DNA of 32,000 bases from Haloquadratum walsbyi C23 (lineage in GTDB: Archaea > Halobacteriota > Halobacteria > Halobacteriales > Haloferacaceae), in assembly GCF_000237865.1 (NCBI RefSeq), contig NC_017459.1, positions 2,070,001-2,102,000 of the forward strand. The letters run 5' to 3'. Numbering within the stretch: position 1 is the first letter of the stretch; each line of letters opens with the position of its first letter. The notes below the pieces were generated by a model. The model made no database searches and was not told the origin of the DNA. It saw nothing but the letters and a program-made list of their open reading frames with translations. Positions 1 through 8,956 of the stretch are shown piece by piece. Both the position numbers and the translations under genes were made by a program.

Positions 1-696
1 GCTGATGGGTTTGGGATTGAAACCGAAATGGCGGTTGAGTGTGCCCGACGCGATATCCCGACAGCTGTTGTTCCGATTACCTACTATCCACGCCCGTCAG
101 GATCCGATACAAATCTTCGACCGGTTCGCGATGGTGGCATCATCTTTCTTGAGTTATTCCGACAGGCGAAGACAAACAATCCGCTGTTTTATTTCGGGAG
201 TGTCGGCGCGCTCTCGACACTCACAGGACTTGGGGTTGCAGCGTATGTTATTATTGAATGGATTACCGTCGGTGTTCCACATGAGATATTAGCTGTCGTC
301 GCTGCCGCTGGGGTGCTCTTTGGTGTGCAATTATTGATGTTCGGAGTGCTTGCGGATCTCATTTACTCATTACATTCGGAAACAATGTCTCGAATCGACT
401 CGGTAATAGAGATGGATCGGACAGAACAGACAGTGGGTAGGATATCTCATGAACGGGATATAGATACTGATAGAAGACCAGACTCAAGCGGATCAACGAC
501 ACAACCGTCTCATACGGACGCCAATGATACGTTAGGATCCACGACATCGTCTGATGTGAGTGAGGAAGATGCAACCAATAAGAAAGCGACAATCCCGACT
601 GAGCTGGACAAAACACAGCATGAGGATTCCGTGGTTACGAAGGAAGACATCGATACTGAGGATGGGAGTACTCAGACACACGGTAGTGACAGTTGA
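1..696 (+). CDS. Glycosyltransferase family 2 (dolichyl-phosphate sugar synthase-like), C-terminal part; the 5' end lies outside the window
   Basis: Frame 1 is open from base 1 (ADGFGIETEMAVECARR...). Two hydrophobic helices follow (FYFGSVGALSTLTGLGVAAYVII and ILAVVAAAGVLFGVQLLMFGVLADLIY), as is typical of GT2 C-termini. The last ~90 aa form a D/T/S/E-rich tail. Stop at 694-696. Confidence 0.75.
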   Translation, partial: ADGFGIETEMAVECARRDIPTAVVPITYYPRPSGSDTNLRPVRDGGIIFLELFRQAKTNNPLFYFGSVGALSTLTGLGVAAYVIIEWITVGVPHEILAVVAAAGVLFGVQLLMFGVLADLIYSLHSETMSRIDSVIEMDRTEQTVGRISHERDIDTDRRPDSSGSTTQPSHTDANDTLGSTTSSDVSEEDATNKKATIPTELDKTQHEDSVVTKEDIDTEDGSTQTHGSDS

Positions 697-883
697 GAAT
701 TCCAACAGTGCATACGCTACATTTCATTGCGATTTATGTACCAGCATATTGATATAACCTCTCCAGCAGTATTGAGGACGCTCTGAGAGATTATTGCTGA
801 TATAGCAATAATGCAGATGTGTCAGAAAGCTAGCATAGAGTCTATGCAGTGGTGATTATCGCTCTGGTTAGTATTGTTACAGC

Positions 884-1210
884 TCAGAATGGAAGCATAG
901 ACCGAAGCTGTTTCAAGAAGCCACCTGAAGATGTCACCCGATATTCCTCAAACACCGGATGCAATGCATTGAGTAATTCAGTTTTATTATCAAACTCTCC
1001 TTTGTCGACATCATCAAATGCTTCAGAGAGAGAAACGGTACTACCGGATGCATCGTATGGAACGGCAGGATCGCCGAGTGCAAGAACAACCTCTCGTGTC
1101 GTCGCCGGGAACGTGAGGTCACCCTCTGAAAGATGAGCGTCAAGGGCGGCAATACCGAACGTGAGCGTGTCCGGCTCGTCATCATCCTGCTGTGGTGGTC
1201 TAACAGCCAT
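884..1210 (-). CDS. Conserved-looking small acidic hypothetical protein (108 aa)
   Basis: Intact ORF with acidic, haloarchaeal-type composition (MAVRPPQQDDDEPDTLTFGIAALDAHL...). It excludes the overlapping alternative-frame ORFs, whose composition is poor. Confidence 0.6.
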   Translation of the reverse strand: MAVRPPQQDDDEPDTLTFGIAALDAHLSEGDLTFPATTREVVLALGDPAVPYDASGSTVSLSEAFDDVDKGEFDNKTELLNALHPVFEEYRVTSSGGFLKQLRSMLPF

Positions 1211-1657
1211 TATGATATTATAGGGGAGCGGGCATGCAAAAAGGCTATCTTCTCCGTAGTTGTATCAATATAATTATTATATGACTGTATATAGTCGAAA
1301 AGCGACAGTCAATAGTCTGTGATTTCAGGTGGACTTATGTGATACGTCTCACTGCAAGTCGAGTGTGTTCTTCTGGGGCGAGTACTGATTCGCTCTTACG
1401 TGGATGAATCAGACGATTCGTAGTATCAGATAAAATAGAATAGCTGAGTGTAACATATACTAACCGATTCAATAGCAATAGTATATCTCGCTACTATCGT
1501 GCATCACATGCCCATGCACGCGATGTAAAATCAGCGAGATAAACATTCAGTGATTCTTGTAAGCCAAGATACCAGCATCAAGAGTAATATTAAGATATAC
1601 TCAAATCGAATTGGACCGGACATATTTTGAGTATCGACACGTTATGCGTCTGCAGAG

Positions 1658-1870
1658 ATGACCGAGTATACGACTGTTTCTGTCCCAAAGGACCTCGCCG
1701 CTCGTGTGGATGAGACCATTGAGGGGACGAGTTTCTCAAGTACGAGTGATCTTGTGCGGTTTCTCCTCCGTAGTATTGTCATTCAACACCAACGTGAGGG
1801 ACAATTGACTGAGGCAGAATTCGAGGATATTGCCGAGCAACTGTCTGATCTTGGATATCTCGACCAGTAA
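1658..1870 (+). CDS. Ribbon-helix-helix (CopG/MetJ-type) DNA-binding protein, 70 aa
   Basis: The N-terminal beta-strand motif TVSVPKDLAARVDE is followed by two helices, as in RHH regulators. The sequence is acidic. The gene sits after a 450 bp AT-rich region. Confidence 0.75.
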   Translation: MTEYTTVSVPKDLAARVDETIEGTSFSSTSDLVRFLLRSIVIQHQREGQLTEAEFEDIAEQLSDLGYLDQ

Positions 1871-2159
1871 CTCGGACACTATTATCAACATTCTGCGAAA
1901 TAAATACAATACTGATACTGACAGGGACGCGCATCTTCATAGCCCCGATTGAATAAATTCCCACTATCTCATCAGACGAAAGTCACAGTCATACATAGCC
2001 GGTGACAAAATTATCAAACTATCTCGTCGGGTTGTCTTTGATCTTCTATGATACGTTCATGACTGAGAGCAGAACGATTTACTTAATAGATAGTCCGTGC
2101 TCGGATACTCTCAACCGGATCCCACGATCCTGATACCAACAACATACGAGCTAATACAA

Positions 2160-2591
2160 TTATTCAGCTTCGATATTGTCTGTGAGTGTTTCTTGTGGTG
2201 GGTCAGCATCGATAATATTCATAGAAAGTTCCTGGTTCTCACGATCAAAGGCTGCACAGGCGTCGACATCCCATGGTGGAATCGCAATAAGAACCGCGGC
2301 AGCAAAGGTGTCTTCACGAGTTGCAGCGAGCGGTCCCTGTGGATGTGAGACAAACCGAGCACGACCGCTCCCTGCAGGCGTTCCAAGATCAACACCGAAT
2401 ACAGCGGTCACAGACCCGCTTGCGTCGGGAAAATAAAAATGTGTGAGAATCGGTGTCGATGAGTCAACGCCCGTTGCGTCTTCAAACTCACCCGCAGGTG
2501 TTGATGCAAGTACGGCACTTACCGATTCAGGATCGCGATCAGCGCTCATCGCTAAGAGTCCATCGAGCAAGCCACGGGTGATATGAACCAC
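2160..2591 (-). CDS. MPN/JAB1-like domain protein with a degenerate JAMM motif
   Basis: 143 aa. PESVSAVL resembles the JAMM Glu region. FVSHPQGPLAATRED resembles H-S-H-P-x-G...S-x-x-D, but Val replaces the first His. Confidence 0.6.
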   Translation of the reverse strand: MVHITRGLLDGLLAMSADRDPESVSAVLASTPAGEFEDATGVDSSTPILTHFYFPDASGSVTAVFGVDLGTPAGSGRARFVSHPQGPLAATREDTFAAAVLIAIPPWDVDACAAFDRENQELSMNIIDADPPQETLTDNIEAE

Positions 2592-2765
2592 ATGATGATT
2601 GGCATGTGCATAATCAAAACATCGTCGCTCATGTGATGGTTCAATATTTTGAGTATGATTCTAGATATAATTGATAATCTCTCTGAGATGTCCAACGGTG
2701 AGAGGATGATTATATCGCGGTCCACTCGCTTAGATTCTTTTATATATACGTCTCGGGTTCGAAGC

Positions 2766-3464
2766 TCACGAAATCAGTTGTTTAAACGCACGACTGTACG
2801 CGCTTGGAAGGTTCGAGCGAGAATTATCAACTGCTGCAGCGAGTGACCGTGCTGCGTTCGACATGATGCCGGTCCCATGACCAACGAGAATGCGCTTCGG
2901 TTCGAATCGTGAAAGCGCCTGGCGCGGCGGGAAGGGTCGCAACATCGGATGAATACCGAGTCGTTCACCGGGTGCACAAAAGTATGAAACCGTTCCAACC
3001 GCTTCCGGAATAATGAGTGTTCCATTCTCTCGATGAAAGAGTCCAACTTCCTGCCATGGTGGGAGCCCTCGATTGAGAATTTCAAATGCCTCGTATCCGG
3101 AGTCGCCAAGTTCATTGCGAAACCGCTCAACCGAATTATCAACTTCGTCGGCAACACCCGACATCCATGTTGGAACATAGATTGGCACGTCATGTCGAGA
3201 TGCGAGTGCTGCAGCATCCCGGGTGTGTCGGTCAAGCCCGACAACAACGCCAGCAATCTCAGTATTCGCAGACCCGAATGTCGACAGTAATTCATCAACG
3301 CCAGGTGCATCAACAGGATCAATCACCCAGAGATTCCCATCATCACCAATAACTGCATGACTGGTACGTTGCATCATCTCATCAGGATACGCAATCCATC
3401 CGACACCCTCACTCCAGCGATCAACCTCGCGGTATGTGCTCGCATCGCGACCTTTCATCGGCAT
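2766..3464 (-). CDS. Hypothetical protein, possible metallo-beta-lactamase-fold hydrolase
   Basis: The ORF runs 2766..3527. I place the start at Met22 (3464, MPMKGRD...) because the upstream 21 codons are Cys/Trp-rich and non-acidic. GVVVGLDRHTRDAAALA is reminiscent of the MBL HxHxD region. The functional assignment is weak. Confidence 0.6.
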   Translation of the reverse strand: MPMKGRDASTYREVDRWSEGVGWIAYPDEMMQRTSHAVIGDDGNLWVIDPVDAPGVDELLSTFGSANTEIAGVVVGLDRHTRDAAALASRHDVPIYVPTWMSGVADEVDNSVERFRNELGDSGYEAFEILNRGLPPWQEVGLFHRENGTLIIPEAVGTVSYFCAPGERLGIHPMLRPFPPRQALSRFEPKRILVGHGTGIMSNAARSLAAAVDNSRSNLPSAYSRAFKQLIS

Positions 3465-3723
3465 ATATACGCTCAACACGGTAAGAATATAACAGTAATT
3501 GGGATTGCATTGACGAGACCACCACACATAACTGAATAATCATAATTCAACTCATATTTCGGCTCTTATACTGAGAAAAAGATCTTGTGATGGATTTTAT
3601 ACTGGTACCCGGCAAAAGTAGTCTCTCAGTTGATATATAGTAGTGACAGCATTAACTGATGGATTCAACAAGGGTGATTCTGTATTATCTGCATCTGTGT
3701 ATCGATGAGTCAACAGAGAGACA

Positions 3724-4020
3724 TCACACTCGATCAGTGTCAATACCGGCATCAGGTGGCGTGACAATGAGGAAGCCACGAAAGTGTGTGAGATTGCCGC
3801 CAAGATCAACGACAGGGCGGGCAAATGGCTCAGCCAATTCATTGAGGTCGCCATCAACATTGAGCACAAGCACATTCCCAGCCTCAATCGCAGCGAGCCA
3901 TTCATTCGGATCGGTATCACCGTCAAGTACCCCGAGGATAACGTTTCCACCGAAGTCATCGCCGGTCACTTGCTCAAGATGGGATTCAGCCCCCGAGAGA
4001 TTAAGATTAAAATCACTCAT
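3724..4020 (-). CDS. Small acidic protein, SepF-like (tentative)
   Basis: Start taken at MSDFNLNL (4020) inside ORF 3724..4077. IEAGNVLVLNVDGDL and FLIVTPPDAGIDTDR resemble the SepF/DUF552 pattern (a strand plus an L-TP-x-V-x-I C-terminus). Confidence 0.6.
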   Translation of the reverse strand: MSDFNLNLSGAESHLEQVTGDDFGGNVILGVLDGDTDPNEWLAAIEAGNVLVLNVDGDLNELAEPFARPVVDLGGNLTHFRGFLIVTPPDAGIDTDRV

Positions 4021-4284
4021 ACGCTGGTAGAAAGAGACGATAGCGAAAAGCATTCTGACAACATGAGGGTATCTCACGTCTCTATTGTATTATGATTGAT
4101 ATTAAGAGGGGATATAAGCAGTTTATATAATAAATTAATCATGAGTTGGAGGAGTGTTTAATATGATAAGTAACTGAAAACAGATGCGCTCATGATATAT
4201 ACAATATAATGATTTGAGATTGAGACGACCAATCATATAGTATCAGGGTATTTTTTCGCTCAAAACAGGCTGAATATTGAGGGA

Positions 4285-5682
4285 TTGTCAATATCGATTC
4301 CTAAACGTTTATGTATGTGTCTGTGCAGGACAAAAGTACAATGTCTTACGACGATATGGAGGCTCAGTCGGACACCCCGGCTGGTCGAGTTCTTCCAGGG
4401 CACATTAGCCCACATTACTGATTCGGAGATTGACACGGTCCGAATCTTCGACACGACGCTTCGTGATGGCGAACAGTCACCGCGCACATCATTCAGTTAT
4501 GATGAGAAACGTGACATCGCCGCAACGCTTGATGAGATGGGAACACACGTCATCGAGGCGGGGTTCCCCGTTAATTCTGATGCTGAATTTGAATCCGTCA
4601 GTGATATTGCATCTGCAACAGAGACAACCATCTGCGGGTTAGCCCGCGTTGTTGACACCGATGTTGAAGCCGCTCTTGATTCTGGTGTTGGACTGGTTCA
4701 TGTATTCGTGAGCACAAGCGATGTTCAATTGGCAGATTCAATGCATGCCTCTCGTCAGGAAGCTGTTGATCGTGCTGTTTCAGCTGTCAAGCGTGTGAAA
4801 GACGCCGGCGTTGAGGTGATGTTTTCGCCAATGGATGCAACCCGAACTGATGGGGAGTTCCTTGGCGAAATCCTCGAAGCGGTCGATGACGCAGGCGTTG
4901 ATTGGGTAAATATTCCAGATACCTGTGGGGTCGGAACCCCATCGCGCTTTGCGAGTCTGATTCGGAAAGTGCGGACACACACAGACGCACAGATTGACGT
5001 TCATGCACATGATGACTTCGGGTTAGCCACTGCAAATGCACTGGCGGGATTCGAAGCAGGTGCTGCACAAGCACAGGTTTCTGTCAACGGTATTGGTGAA
5101 CGAGCTGGTAATGCCGCCTTCGAAGAGGTGATAATGGCGGCTGAATCGCTATATGACGTTGACACCGGCATTGATACAACGCGGATCACCGAGATATCGC
5201 GACTGATTGAGAATGCAAGCGATATTCCAGTGCCTGGCAACAAGCCGGTCGTTGGGCAGAATGCCTTCTCGCATGAAAGTGGGATTCATGCCGCCGGTGT
5301 TATCGAAAACAGTGATACGTTCGAACCAGGCGTGATGACCCCAGAGATGGTCGGTGCAAAGCGCGAGTTTGTTCTTGGAAAACACACGGGGACACACTCA
5401 GTCCGGAAGCGATTGGAGGAATCCGGATTTGCCCCGACTGATGAGGAAGTCCGAACAGTCACACGACAGATCAAAGACTACGGTGCGGAGAAAGAGCGCG
5501 TGACGGTCGATGTGTTGACGCGATTTGCTCGTGAGAATAATATCGACCGAGAGCGGACTGCTCGGAGTGATACCGACGATGATGGGCACGACGGTGACGG
5601 AAGCAATAATACTGATACCACTGATTCCGATTCAGAGTCAACGCCTGATACCGACCCCGACCACGGGGAGGTCCGTATCTAA
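4285..5682 (+). CDS. leuA: 2-isopropylmalate synthase / (R)-citramalate synthase family; short form without the LeuA allosteric domain; start uncertain
   Basis: Contains VRIFDTTLRDGEQSP, the HMGL-like TIM-barrel motifs (HAHDDFGLATANALAG, NGIGERAGNAA) and SHESGIH. The C-terminus is an acidic D/T/S tail. The first ~30 codons from either in-frame ATG (4285 or 4315) are Cys-rich and basic, which is atypical (see finding). Confidence 0.85.
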   Translation: MSISIPKRLCMCLCRTKVQCLTTIWRLSRTPRLVEFFQGTLAHITDSEIDTVRIFDTTLRDGEQSPRTSFSYDEKRDIAATLDEMGTHVIEAGFPVNSDAEFESVSDIASATETTICGLARVVDTDVEAALDSGVGLVHVFVSTSDVQLADSMHASRQEAVDRAVSAVKRVKDAGVEVMFSPMDATRTDGEFLGEILEAVDDAGVDWVNIPDTCGVGTPSRFASLIRKVRTHTDAQIDVHAHDDFGLATANALAGFEAGAAQAQVSVNGIGERAGNAAFEEVIMAAESLYDVDTGIDTTRITEISRLIENASDIPVPGNKPVVGQNAFSHESGIHAAGVIENSDTFEPGVMTPEMVGAKREFVLGKHTGTHSVRKRLEESGFAPTDEEVRTVTRQIKDYGAEKERVTVDVLTRFARENNIDRERTARSDTDDDGHDGDGSNNTDTTDSDSESTPDTDPDHGEVRI

Positions 5683-5763
5683 TGTGTTTAGGGCGGAACG
5701 CCTTCGACACTGAGTGCTCAGTCTATCGGTGTGTCTCTCATGAACATGAGATGACACCTACAC

Positions 5764-6042
5764 ATGAATGGCGAAACCGACAGCATGTGGATAGCACAGT
5801 CGATATGGAGTATCGATCGCGACAGTTCATTCGAAGACATAACGTTCTTTATGCTCGACAGCAACCATCAGGTAGTAACGTACATGCGAGCGAATCATCA
5901 CCGAGATATTGTGGGGAGATCAGAGCTTCACGCTCTACTCCTGACTCACACTCTATCTCAAGCCATCGTGAACGCTGTTCATACTCAGTTGGACAGCGCT
6001 CGCGGTATTGGTATCGACGCTCGTATTGTAGGGGCTCCTTAG
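5764..6042 (+). CDS. Hypothetical 92 aa protein between leuA and ilvB
   Basis: Protein-like, mildly acidic translation (MNGETDSMWIAQSIWSIDRDSSFEDITFFMLDSNHQVV...). The stop codon lies inside a GGGGCT/AGCCCC hairpin that is followed by TTTATT. Confidence 0.35.
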   Translation: MNGETDSMWIAQSIWSIDRDSSFEDITFFMLDSNHQVVTYMRANHHRDIVGRSELHALLLTHTLSQAIVNAVHTQLDSARGIGIDARIVGAP

Positions 6043-6052
6043 CCCCTTTATT
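6031..6052 (+). terminator. Hairpin plus T-rich tract (terminator-like)
   Basis: GGGGCT (6031-6036), loop CCTT, AGCCCC (6041-6046), then TTTATT. Confidence 0.3.
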
Positions 6053-6070
6053 CACTCAGTTTTCACTTCG

Positions 6071-6097
6071 TTGTTCGCCTTGTTCGCCTTGTTCGCC
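6071..6097. repeat. Perfect tandem repeat (TTGTTCGCC)x3
   Basis: Three identical 9-mers read directly at 6071-6079, 6080-6088 and 6089-6097. Confidence 0.9.
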
Positions 6098-6386
6098 GTT
6101 GATGTCAGTATTTGAGTGGCATAACACAGTATCAGGATTACCACTGTGGCACGACGCAACAGATGGGAAGTGGGGAGATCCTGAGCATGTGCGCCCGTAC
6201 TCAATGAACCTGAACCCTAAGATTACAACAACATCACGAACGAAGGCAACCGAGCGTATCACCACAGCATTGAGACAATCAACTAACCCACAAGAACAAC
6301 TCACATGTGGGAGATATCAATCGCATCCATCGACACGGCAGTCACGATCATGATCACAACCACAACCACGGAGATTACACGAGCTA

Positions 6387-8186
6387 ATGAGTAAGCAAGC
6401 ATCAACAAACCCAGATATTGAGACGGAAGCAGACACAGACGCAGACGCACAGCCACAGACGCAAACACCATCGCCGGAGACAACAAGTGATGTCCTGCCG
6501 ATCGAGACCGGTGCAGACGCGGTCATCCGGGCACTCGAAAATGAAGGCATTGAGGCTGCCTTTGGTGTGCAGGGCGGCGCAATTATGCCTGTGTATGACG
6601 CATTATACTATTCCGATATTCGTCATGTGACAATGGCACACGAGCAGGGAGCCGCACATGCCGCTGATGCCTTTGGTGTCGTCAAGAACGAACCAGGTGT
6701 CTGTATGGCAACCTCAGGTCCTGGTGCAACGAATCTTGTGACCGGAATTGCCGACGCAAATATGGATTCTGATGGAATGCTCGCACTTACCGGGCAGGTT
6801 CCCTCAGATATGGTTGGGTCGGATGCATTCCAAGAGACAGATACAATCGGTGTGACGGCACCACTCACGAAGCATAATTACTTTGCCGATGATCCAGATA
6901 CAATCGGCGATACAGTCGGCGAGGCACTCGCGCTTGCAGATGAAGGGCGACCAGGTCCGACGCTTGTTGACCTTCCAAAGAATATCACAAGTGCCGATAC
7001 TGAGCGTGAGCCGACTCCTGGTGAACCACCAGCAACAACTCGACCACAATATAGCGCCGATGAAGATGCAGTCCTCACTACGGCGAACGCGATTGAGGAA
7101 GCATCACAACCGCTGTTATTATTCGGTGGCGGTGTCATCAAAGCTGATGCAACTGAGGAGGCACGCGCGTTCGCCCGTGAACACGAGATTCCTGTTGTGA
7201 CCACAATGCCTGGTATTGGGTCCTTCCCTGAGGATGACGACCTTTGTTTATCCTGGGCAGGAATGCATGGCACTGGCTATGCAAATATGGCGATTACGCA
7301 CACTGATCTTCTGATTGGTGTTGGAACGCGATTTGATGATCGACTCACCAGTGGTATTGATACTTTCGCCCCCGAGGCAGAGATTGTCCATATTGATATC
7401 GATCCTGCAGAAATTTCAAAGAACGTCCACGCGGATTACCCACTGATTGGTGATGCTGAGACGGTGCTTGAGCAACTTGATGGAGCCATCGAGACGACAC
7501 CGGAGACGGCTGAGTGGTGCGAGCAATGTGTTGAATGGCAGGAGACATATCCAATGGATTATGCAATGCCAGAGGATGAGCCACTGAAACCGCAGTTCAT
7601 CGTCGAGGTGATGGATGAAGCAACAGCAGCAGATACGATCGTCACAAGCGGTGTTGGACAGCACCAAATGTGGGCATCACAGTATTGGACATATACTGAA
7701 CCACGAACATGGGTGTCGAGTCATGGACTTGGGACAATGGGATATGGGCTTCCCGGCGCAATCGGTGCGCGAATTGCAGCCGATGATGATCAAGATGTTG
7801 TGTGTATCGATGGCGATGGGTCGTTCCTCATGACGATTCAGGAACTTTCAGTCGCTGTGCGTGAAAATCTTGATATTACTGTTGCAGTCCTGAATAACGA
7901 ATATATCGGAATGGTGCGACAATGGCAGGATGCCTTCTTCGAGGGGCGACGAATGGCAGCAGAATATAACTGGTGTCCGGAGTTCGATACACTCGCAGAA
8001 GCCTTTGGTGCGGAAGGCTTCCGGATTGATGAATACGATGAGGTTGCAGAGACCGTCGAAGCAGCACTTGCATATGATGGTCCATCGGTGATTGATTGTC
8101 ATATTGACCCTGCAGAAAATGTCTATCCGATGGTTCCCTCTGGTGGCGCGAATGGAAAGTTCGCTCTGACGGAGGAGCAACTATGA
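6387..8186 (+). CDS. ilvB: Acetolactate synthase large subunit
   Basis: 599 aa. TPP-enzyme motifs are present (GVQGGAIMPVYDAL, ATSGPGATNLVTGIADA, IDGDGSFLMTIQEL). The first ~40 aa are an acidic N-terminal extension. Confidence 0.95.
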   Translation: MSKQASTNPDIETEADTDADAQPQTQTPSPETTSDVLPIETGADAVIRALENEGIEAAFGVQGGAIMPVYDALYYSDIRHVTMAHEQGAAHAADAFGVVKNEPGVCMATSGPGATNLVTGIADANMDSDGMLALTGQVPSDMVGSDAFQETDTIGVTAPLTKHNYFADDPDTIGDTVGEALALADEGRPGPTLVDLPKNITSADTEREPTPGEPPATTRPQYSADEDAVLTTANAIEEASQPLLLFGGGVIKADATEEARAFAREHEIPVVTTMPGIGSFPEDDDLCLSWAGMHGTGYANMAITHTDLLIGVGTRFDDRLTSGIDTFAPEAEIVHIDIDPAEISKNVHADYPLIGDAETVLEQLDGAIETTPETAEWCEQCVEWQETYPMDYAMPEDEPLKPQFIVEVMDEATAADTIVTSGVGQHQMWASQYWTYTEPRTWVSSHGLGTMGYGLPGAIGARIAADDDQDVVCIDGDGSFLMTIQELSVAVRENLDITVAVLNNEYIGMVRQWQDAFFEGRRMAAEYNWCPEFDTLAEAFGAEGFRIDEYDEVAETVEAALAYDGPSVIDCHIDPAENVYPMVPSGGANGKFALTEEQL

Positions 8187-8956
8187 GTTCTGAATCTAAC
8201 ACCGATACGAACGCAGATACTGAAACCAGCACAGAAGCCGAGTCTACAGACACTTCGGCGACGGAGACAGTCGAACGGGGGAATCCAGCCCCTGACACGG
8301 ATAGTGATCTCCCAGAACATGGACTGAAGGGAGCTGAACCGGATGACCGACCACATCCATCCGGACGACGAAACGAGCAAGGGATCCGTGTTGACCCAGC
8401 GGTTGAATCAAGACATGATCCTCGACGTGCAGTCTTATCTGCGCTCGTTGAGGATGACCCTGGTGTACTTTCACGGATTGCTGGATTGATCTCACGACGA
8501 CAGTTTAATATTGAGAGTCTGACAGTCGGGCAAACAACGATTGAGGGACATTCACGAATCACGATGGTCGTTGAAGAGACAGATCCGAATATCGACCAGA
8601 TTGAAAGGCAACTCGATAAGCTCAAGCCCGTAATTGCCGTTGGCGAACTTGCTGATGACGCAATTCAGACTGAACTTGTGTTATTGAAAGTTCGTGGTAA
8701 TGAGCCTGATAAGGTCAATGCAATCACGCAAATGTACGATGGTGAGACGATGGATGCTGATCCACAGACGATTACAATCCAACTCACCGGAGATGAGCAG
8801 AAGATAGATAGCGCTATCGACGCATTTGAACAATTCGGAATCATTGAAATAGCTCGAACAGGATACACCGCGTTAGCGCGTGGCGATACAGCGACTGTTC
8901 CCGGAGAAAAGCCAGGAACAGCAAATGAACCAACAAAGCCGGCAAACACACGATGA
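8183..8956 (+). CDS. ilvN: Acetolactate synthase small (regulatory) subunit with a long acidic N-terminal extension
   Basis: ATGA overlap with the ilvB stop. ACT-domain core [35 protein letters not shown]. About 85 aa of T/D/E/S-rich leader. Confidence 0.9.
   Translation: MSSESNTDTNADTETSTEAESTDTSATETVERGNPAPDTDSDLPEHGLKGAEPDDRPHPSGRRNEQGIRVDPAVESRHDPRRAVLSALVEDDPGVLSRIAGLISRRQFNIESLTVGQTTIEGHSRITMVVEETDPNIDQIERQLDKLKPVIAVGELADDAIQTELVLLKVRGNEPDKVNAITQMYDGETMDADPQTITIQLTGDEQKIDSAIDAFEQFGIIEIARTGYTALARGDTATVPGEKPGTANEPTKPANTR

Noticed and set aside
7876-8625. 249 aa ORF on the minus strand across the ilvB/ilvN junction
   Set aside because: It is antisense to two well-supported genes. Its translation is Ser/Arg/Cys-rich, as expected for the reverse frame of Asp/Glu/Thr-rich coding DNA, and it has no motifs.
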